Below are positions 56,188 through 64,000 of a stretch of 64,000 nucleotides of DNA, in pieces (within the stretch, counting starts at the first letter, position 1; the number at the start of each line of letters is the position of its first letter). The position numbers and the translations under genes are program-made. Source of the DNA: Rebecca billardiae RCC1528 (lineage: Eukaryota > Protista > Haptophyta); NCBI GenBank assembly GCA_965240325.2, contig OZ251238.1, positions 558,001 to 622,000 of the forward strand. The letters run 5' to 3'. A model generated the notes under the pieces. The model had not been told where the DNA came from. It was given only the letters and a program-made list of their open reading frames with translations, and made no database searches.

Positions 56188-56435
56188 TCCCCTTTATTAC
56201 GGGTTCCGGGTGATCAGACTGGCCGGCAGCCGAAGCCTCCCGGAGCCCTACCCTGGCCAGCCCCCAATTCCACTGAGGCGGCTGCAGATATCGCTGTCGG
56301 GCAGGAGCCAGTAGCAGGTGCCGGTCACTAGCACATCGTCGGTCCGCCAGCGGTCGGTCACTCTCAGGCCAGGGTCCGGCAGTTCAAATACGGCGAGCAA
56401 ACTCAGTAGGGCGCCAGCCCAGGAGCAGGTCGGTG

Positions 56436-57105
56436 CGCGCATGATGGTATGGTACTGCTGCACGGTATGGTACTGCTGCGCGCATGGTATGGTAATGCAG
56501 CATGGCTGTATGGTATGAGTACTGCTGCGCGCATGGTATGGTACTGCATGGTACTGTATACATATGGTATGGTACTGACACTGCTGTGCGCATGGTATGG
56601 TACTGCATGGTATGGTACTGCATGATGGTACGTACTGTATGGTATGGTACTGCTGCGCGCATGGTACATATATATGGTACTGCTGCACGCATCAGCATGG
56701 TATGGTAGTGCATGGTAATGTATGGTATATGGTACTGCTGTGCGCATGGTATGGTACTGCATGGTATGGTATTGCATGATGGTACTGTATGGTATGGTTC
56801 TGCTGTGTGCATGGTACGTACGGTGACCTAATGGTGCTGCAGTGCACATGGTATGGTACTGCACGGTACTGTATGGTATGGTAATGCTGTGCGCATGGTA
56901 CGTATGGTGCTGCTGTGCGCATGGTATGGTACTGCATGGTACTGTGTGGTATGGTACTGCTGTGCGCATGGTATGGTACTGCATCATGGCATGGTACTGC
57001 TGTGCGCATGGTATGGTACTGCATCATGGTATGGTACTGCTGTGCGCATGGTATGGTGCTGCATGGTATGGTATGGTACTGCATCGTATGGTACTGCGCG
57101 CATGC
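56436..57105. repeat. Complex minisatellite built from ATGGT / GCATGGTATGGTACTGCT units
   Basis: Directly visible degenerate tandem array. Confidence 0.92.
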
Positions 57106-57849
57106 ACATCGATCATGCGATGTACCGAGCTGACAGCATGATGCGCATCATGCGACGATTGTCGTGTACCGAGCTGACAGCATGATGTGAGCTCATGGCA
57201 GTCAGCACCACCACCATCTGCTACTACTGTCCTACTGTACCACTACAACGCCAGTCTACCGCCATCAAGCTGTTCCGACCACCACCACCTACTACTTCCA
57301 CCGCCGCCACCACCGCCACCACCATCACCACCACAACGCCTGAAGGAGGAAGCAGCCCGACACTAGGCTTGAAGGCCCGCCCGCACGCGTGCGGTGCGCG
57401 CGGCTGCGGTTGGCGCTTGGATCAATCGGGCGGCAGGGGCGAGATTGACGTACGATGCAGCAGCTTCTGAAGCTGCTGCTTCCTCCTTCCGTCGAGCTGC
57501 TGTCTGAAGGAGGAAGCAGCACTGCGCGAAGCAGCCTCAGGCAGCAAACACTAATAAGCGTTTCACAGAAACGCGCGCGCGGGGCGAGGAGCGGCGGTCG
57601 CGGCGCGGGGGTCGGAAGGACAGCCGGGGCGGAATTCACGTATGAGGGGCACTCGTCACTATGCCGCATGCGCATCGGCACTAACCACGCGCCGCCTCCA
57701 CTGGGGTGTCCGCGGTCGCAGGAGCGTGCGCCTCGCGAAGCAGGCGCCGCGTCAACGCGGCGGCACAGGTCCGGCACGTGCCGGTTCCGGTCCGTTGGAG
57801 CAGGGTAGAGAGCAGTGTGCACGCTATGCGAGTAATAATGAGTTGCTCA

Positions 57850-58730
57850 TCCGTGCACCACTCGGCAAATAATACAGGTGAAAGGAGGGTTGCACCAAAG
57901 TTGCACCACCACTGCTGCACCACTCCGAATAATAATACATCAGACGATGAAAGGAGGGGTGCACTTGTTGGGTGCACGACCACTGCTGCACCACTCCGGA
58001 TGATACAGATGAAAGGAGGGGTGCACCAGCACCACACTCCGTGCACCACTCCAAATAATACAGGTGAAAGGAGGGTTGCACCAAAGTTGCACCACCACTG
58101 CTGCACCACTCCGAATACTACATCAGACGATGAAAGGAGGGGTGCACTTGTTGGGTGCACGACCACTGCTGCACCACTCCGGATGATACAGATGAAAGGA
58201 GGGGTGCACCAGCACCACACTCCGTGCACCACTCCAAATAATACAGGTGAAAGGAGGGTTGCACCAAAGTTGCACCACCACTGCTGCACCACTCCGAATA
58301 ATACATCAGACGATGAAAGGAGGGGTGCACTTGTCGGGTGCACCACGACTGCTGCACCACTCCGGATGATACAGATGAAAGGAGGGGTGCACCAGCACCG
58401 CACTCCGTGCACCACTCCAAATAATACAGATGAAAGGAGGGTTGATGCACCACCACTGCTGCACCACTCCGAATAATACATCAGACGATGAAAGGAGGGG
58501 TGCACTTGTTGGGTGCACCACCACTGCTGCACCACTCCGGATGATACCATACAGATGAAAGGAGGGGTGCATGCACCACACTCCGTGCACCACTCCAAAT
58601 AATAATACAGATGATGAAAGGAGGGTTGATGCACCACCACTGCGTCTGCTGCACCACTCCGAATACAGATGAAAGGGTGCACCACCACCGTGCTGCAACA
58701 CTCCGAATACAGATGAAAGGAGGGGTGCAC
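57850..58730. repeat. Higher-order satellite with ~183-bp period, made of three ~61-bp monomers
   Basis: AATACAGGTG at 57871, 58057 and 58240; monomer core TGCACCACTCC...GATGAAAGGAGGGG. Confidence 0.92.
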
Positions 58731-59058
58731 GACTTACTTACTGATGTACCGGTCCGTATTCATTAAGACTTACAACAAAACTTGCGATGCCGTACCACCC
58801 GGTCGGTACCCTCACTTTGCACGGAAAACCGTTGGCACCAATTGGGATCTGACTAAACTGTATTCCGTGGGATACTTATTGGAAGGCCATCAATCTTGTA
58901 GGAATCACCGGACTACGCGTGTCCTACCGGAAAACTCGCTCCGCTCGCATTGGTTGTTCTTACCGAACACCAATGCGAGCGGGGCTCGCGATTATTCTGA
59001 TGATCATTCGCGTCGTAGTCGTAAGTACGTCGACTGATATAGTGATATATCGCGTCGA

Positions 59059-59060
<2 letters not shown>

Positions 59061-59122
<62 letters not shown>

Positions 59123-59134
59123 GATATATATATA

Positions 59135-59228
<94 letters not shown>
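59061..59228. repeat. (TA)n microsatellite
   Basis: Directly visible. Confidence 0.98.
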
Positions 59229-59230
<2 letters not shown>

Positions 59231-59342
59231 TCGACGACGCGACGTCAGTACGACTTTCACTTGTCACTTGATGCCCGCGATCATGCTGACGATCTGATCC
59301 GGATGATGATGCTGCTGACGATGATGCGATAGTAAGCAGCTA

Positions 59343-60860
59343 CCAGGTCGTTCCCCCTGCACTGGGAATCCGCGGTTTCGCACTATTCAGAGCGCGAGGC
59401 CGCGGCATAGCAACGCAGATTTAGTCTTCCGATTGCTCTATCAGACCACTTGAACGATCTAATCGAGCTTTCCAATTAAAAATGACGAAACCAGATCCAT
59501 CCATTCGAGAAGCCAAATCCCGAGCGCGGCAAAGCCGTGGAACAGCAGTAATCAGCCTCGTCAGCGATAGTCCGCTCACGAAATCGATGCTCTAGGAATG
59601 AGTTCTTCGCGTGCGACCGGAGGCGGGAGCCCTCGCGGGTGCGAGCACCGATTTCTGACCCGCCGGCCTGCGGCCGGGCGGCGGCGAGTGCGATGCGGGC
59701 CAGGGCGCTGCGGGCGCGGATGTGCTCGCGGAGCCGGCGTGCGTGGACGGGCTGTTGCGGGAGAGTATCTGCCGCCATCCTGCGCCGCGCGTCTTGCGCC
59801 AAGCCTCTTTCGCCTCGGCTCAGGGCAGCGCGCACGGCGCGCGCCGCCTCAACTGGCCAGCCTTGCCTGCGCCGCAGCCGACCGCGCGCGCGCCGTGCGC
59901 GGCGTGGTCGGGAAGGAACGGGCGCGGCTGCCGGGCGAGATGACGACATCATGTGCGCACGCCATGCCGCCCCGCCACGCCTTGCCGAGCGTGTCGCCGG
60001 TCCGTTTGCACGCCTCTTCGAGTTGTCACAAATGGTGTGCGGCACGGCCTCGCGGTCGTGACCCTTGTCGGGACGATCATTGAGACACAGAACAGTCCCA
60101 GACGGGCAAGCGGGATACTCTTCCATGAATGTTCATCACCGCGTGGTCATGTAGAAGTGCTGGGTGCGACGCTTCCTCGCGCGGATGCACTTTCATCATC
60201 TTCTTCGAGCTCAGGTCTGGCTTCAGGCACGACTGAAGAAATCAGCACTCGTCAACAGCTGTGCGGATCCGTTATCGTGCCCTTTCGCGGCGCCGCGGGG
60301 CGGCATAGCGTGCGCACATGATGTCGTCATCTCGCCCGGCAGCACCCCTTGTTCCTTTCCGACCACGCCGCGCACGGCGCGCGCGCGGTTGGCTGCCGGC
60401 GCGGCTGTGCTGGCCTCGAGGCGGCGCGCGCGTGCGCGCTGCCCTGAGCCGCGGCGAAAAGAGGCGTGGCGCGAGACGCGCGGCACAGGAGGGCGCCAGA
60501 TACTCTCCCGCGACAGCCTGTCCACGCAAGCCGGCTCCGCGAGCACATCCGCGCCCGCAGCGCCGTGCCCCGGGCGCGCCCCGCCAACGGCGCTCGGCCG
60601 CCTTCGCCGCTGCCGCCTGCCGCCGAGGGCAAAAGGTCAAGATTTGGTCGGCCCTCGCCTGCCGAGCCGCCACCGGGGGCTCCCTGCCCTCTATCTCGTT
60701 GCGGCTCAATTTTGGGATTGCGAGACCAGCTCATCGATTGACGCACATCCGCACCCGCGAGACCTGAAAATCTTATTCGCGGGTAGCGACGGGTGCGTCC
60801 TCCGGCTGTTTTTCTTGTATGTCCAAACCGCGGATTCCCAGTGCAGGGGGAACGACCTGG
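59343..60860. mobile_element. Non-autonomous Tc1/mariner-like element with perfect 36-bp TIRs and a TA TSD
   Basis: CCAGGTCGTTCCCCCTGCACTGGGAATCCGCGGTTT at 59343-59378, inverted at 60825-60860; TA on both sides; internal diverged inverted repeats. Confidence 0.88.
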
Positions 60861-61354
60861 TAGGCCGCGATCGCGGCCCCGCGAGCGCGGTCCCGCATGC
60901 TGTCCGGTCCATAATAGGTCCCGGCATCGGCGGCATTAATCGGAATGATCAATGATGTCGGGGCGGCGGCGCTGCTGATGATTGATCGGCGCGGCTGACA
61001 TGGCGATCAGTAGCATCGTCAGACTGATGATGATGCGCCGGTTGCCGGCATCAACCTATATATATTCGAGAGTCGTCACCGACGTACGTATACGACCGGT
61101 ACGTATCCGATCCGATATCGTCATCGGCGCCGCCCGCACGGGTCAGAGATCGATGAGCAGTACTCCGTGGCCGTGGCACACCGCGGCGCGGTCGGACTGA
61201 GTACTACTCGGACTGAGCCAGCCTCGCCGCGCCATAAGCAGCTTCGGTCCGCCGCCATAAATGTCGTCCTTGGGCCCACCCCCCGGCGTCATAGCGCCCA
61301 CCCTCGGCTGTCGGGGCGCTGGCCCATCCTCCCAGCGGCTGGTGCTCACGCTGC

Positions 61355-62580
61355 TCAGTGCGCCGCAAAGAGAACACTCGGGCAGCGCGCGAGGCCGGCG
61401 CCATCCGTCGCCTGAGCCAGCAGCCGCCGGTCGGCCGCCGTGCACGCCCGCGATGGCGCAGCAGACGGCGGCGGCTGCTTTGCAGCCGCACTCGCCGCGG
61501 CTGCGTCAGGGTCGGCGTGCTGCCCCAGCAGCCGGCGCAGCGCGTCGCGGTGCGGGCTGTCCTCGGCAGTCGCCGCCACGCGGAGGCCAAACGCCGCCGC
61601 CGAGCACACCAAGCCGTGCAGCGCGCGGCTGTCCTCTGGCTCGCCCGGCTGGGCGGAGGTGGCGTGGGCAGCGAGGTCCGCGAAGACGCGGCGGGCCCGC
61701 GGCCGCACGGCAGCCATGGGGGCCCGCAGTGCGTCCGCGACGTGCTGCCACTCCGCGTCGGCCATGGCCGCCTGCGTCCGGTCGGCGGGCCGGCCGTGGC
61801 CAGCGTCATATATCGGCCCATGCACATCTGGATGCTGGGGGCGCCCGGACTCTCCCGCAGGGCCAGCGAGGTGGTGAGCATCTTCCCGATGCCGTTGGGC
61901 GCCATGAACGCGCGCAGTGCCTCGAGCCGCAGCCCGTCCGCCACCGGCAGCTCGCGCAGCAGCGCGCAGAGCGAGCGCTTGTGCCACGGCTGCGGTCGCA
62001 GCCCGCGGAGGGCGGGCACGTGCCGCCTGAACAGCGCCTGCGCGTGGGCGGGCACCTGCACGCACACACCCCAGTTGGAGATGTTGTTGAGCCCGTTGAC
62101 CTCGACGCCCGTCCAGTGCGGCTCCTTGCACGCGCGGTGGAAGCGGTACCCGGACACGAGCATGTCGAGCGGGTGGTGCACAAAGTGCACCACCACGTCG
62201 TGGGCGCGCTTGACGGAGCGCGGTGTGCGCTTTGGGGGGTCTGCCGTCGCGCCGTCGCAACGCGCGAGGCCGTCCCAGGCGCGGCCCACCCTGTTCTCCG
62301 CGCAGCACTTGTTGCGCCGGCTGCGCCGCGAGTGGCTGTGCTCGTCCAGCGCTTCACAGAGACGCTCTCGCAGGGCCATTGCCGCGAACGTGCCAGACTT
62401 GTGGTGCGCGATGACGAAGACCGATCGGTTGATCGGCTTGACGCAGTGCCCCTTGGCGCGGCCCTCGTCCGTGGAGCCCGGCGGCGCGAGGCAGACGAGC
62501 GCGAGCATGGACGCCCGCCGCCATCGCGCCGTCGATGGCTTCGCGCTGTGCGCAGCGAGGAGCCACGCCGTTGCCGCCAT
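61355..62580 (-). CDS. Sulfotransferase-like protein with an apparent frameshift near 61810
   Basis: VFVIAHHKSGT (5'-PSB-like) and VVHFVHHPLDMLVSGY (3'-PB-like); N-terminal hydrophobic segment; the C-terminus reads better in another frame. Confidence 0.55.
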
Positions 62581-64000
62581 CGTCGCTTGCGCCGTTTTCC
62601 TAATAGGACCCAATCTGCTTCGTGAAATATTATACTACGAGGATCTCGCGGATAAAATCATCGTCAATTTCTGTGTGTGATGAATCAAGGTGGTGTTGGA
62701 GGCCACTCCACCGAAATCGAGCCCGTCCAGGGCTTCGGCCGCCCACTGGCGTCCAGGGCTTAGCCCTGGACGCGCCGAGCGCGTCCAGGGCTCCGCTCGC
62801 CAGCGCGAGATAGTATTGAGCTCATAGGCGATGCCGCCGCGCCGCGTGCGCGCGCTCCGTCTCGCGCTGGCTGCGGCCGCGAGCGCGTGCGGCGAGCCGT
62901 CGCGTGCGGTCGCGCACCGGCGCTGAGGTATGGTGTGCCCATCCGTGCCCTTGGCTCGTGCCCGCGCGCCCTCCTCCGCCGCTGCGTGGCGCGCGTGTGG
63001 TCGCGCCGCCTCGCTCGCTGGGCGCACCGAAAGCGCAAGCGCGCAACGAGTCACCTGTGGCGTGTCGGACCCAGCGCGTGCGCGCCTGGCGTGTGGTTTG
63101 TGTTTGACATGGCCTTGGTCACGCGCGGCGCCGGCCGTGCCCAGCGTCTGACCGCGCGCAACGCGCATAGTACTGGTGGTCCCGGCTGGGTCGAGCCGAC
63201 CCCTCGGGGCTCGGCGGCACCCAGCCACTCGTAGGCGGCCGCGATGGGTCGACGCGTCGGATGGGTGGCGGCTACACACCATGCTGGTCGCGCACTGCCG
63301 CGTGCAGGGCGGTTGCACGGTGACAAGTGCCCCCGCGATCGTGCCGCGCTCGGGTACGAACAGGAGCAGTATGTTGCATGCGTGCCGCCGGCAGGTGGCG
63401 AGCTGGGGCGTGCTGGTCGGTGTGGCTGACGGGCGCGCTCGCGCGCGTGGCATGAGCGAGCGCGCCGCCGCCCAAGCGTGCCGCCCACGCCGCGCGCCGC
63501 GCGCCGCGCGCCGCGCGGCCTACGTCGCGTCGGCGCTCGCGCGGCCGGCAGCTCCGGACGGCAGCGTGGCCGGAAGGCGGCACGGGCACCATGCTGCTCA
63601 AGGCTGGCAAACAAGCTGCAGTAGTCGTCCCTCATCTTGGCATACGGAAACAGCTAGCACGCATGATGAGATGGATACACAGCAGTTCAGCAGTCTGCAT
63701 GCTCCGTGACCGTGACGGGGTATTCGGAAAGTGTTCAGCTGACAAATCTCGCCTGCCTGAGCTATCTGTCAGGCTGTGTGCGTCTCTTCTTCTTAGTCAG
63801 TGTTGTGCTCAGGCCGGCCACCGTAGAAGGGTGGGAGCTGGCGAACTTCTCCACCGGGTACCGAGCCTATCATAGCCATCAGCGCGCGCATACTGTAGCA
63901 GCGGTTCAGCCTTGTCACTGGCTAGCATCCCGTACTTGGTAGCTGCCGAGCAGCTCCGCGCGCTGAGCGTCGTGTTCAGCTGTGATGTATGATGAGCAGC

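Noticed and set aside
56248-57185. Cys/His/Tyr-rich repetitive ORFs
   Set aside because: Translations of the ATGGT minisatellite in all frames
57850-58730. CRISPR-like repeat/spacer pattern
   Set aside because: The 'spacers' recur cyclically and are related to the repeat, so this is a satellite

Overview
Very GC-rich eukaryotic genomic DNA. It has GT-AG spliceosomal introns, (TA)n/(CT)n/(GAT)n microsatellites and no operons. The style suggests a microalga such as a pavlovophyte haptophyte, which is an inference. About 14 credible protein genes, several in divergent pairs: a polysaccharide pyruvyl-transferase/GT32-like fusion, a START-like protein, an Rh/Amt channel homolog, a degenerate ABCA transporter, an alpha-galactosidase-like hydrolase, a GSCFA protein, an MFS (Bcr/CflA) transporter, a metaxin/FAX-like GST, a MAM-GH17-X8-X8 glucanase, a CoA-disulfide reductase-rhodanese, a WD40 protein and a sulfotransferase-like gene. 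The most striking gene is an intronless, compositionally foreign cyclic 2,3-diphosphoglycerate synthetase (cpgS) homolog, an enzyme known from (hyper)thermophilic prokaryotes. Between the genes lies a set of non-autonomous mobile elements and structured repeats: two copies of a 1.05-kb foldback element, several TIR elements with target-site duplications (TSDs), a cassette repeat with constant ends and variable middles, 64-bp hairpin arrays with compensatory changes, and satellites. No rRNA, tRNA or CRISPR was found. All calls come from reading motifs by eye; no database search was run.
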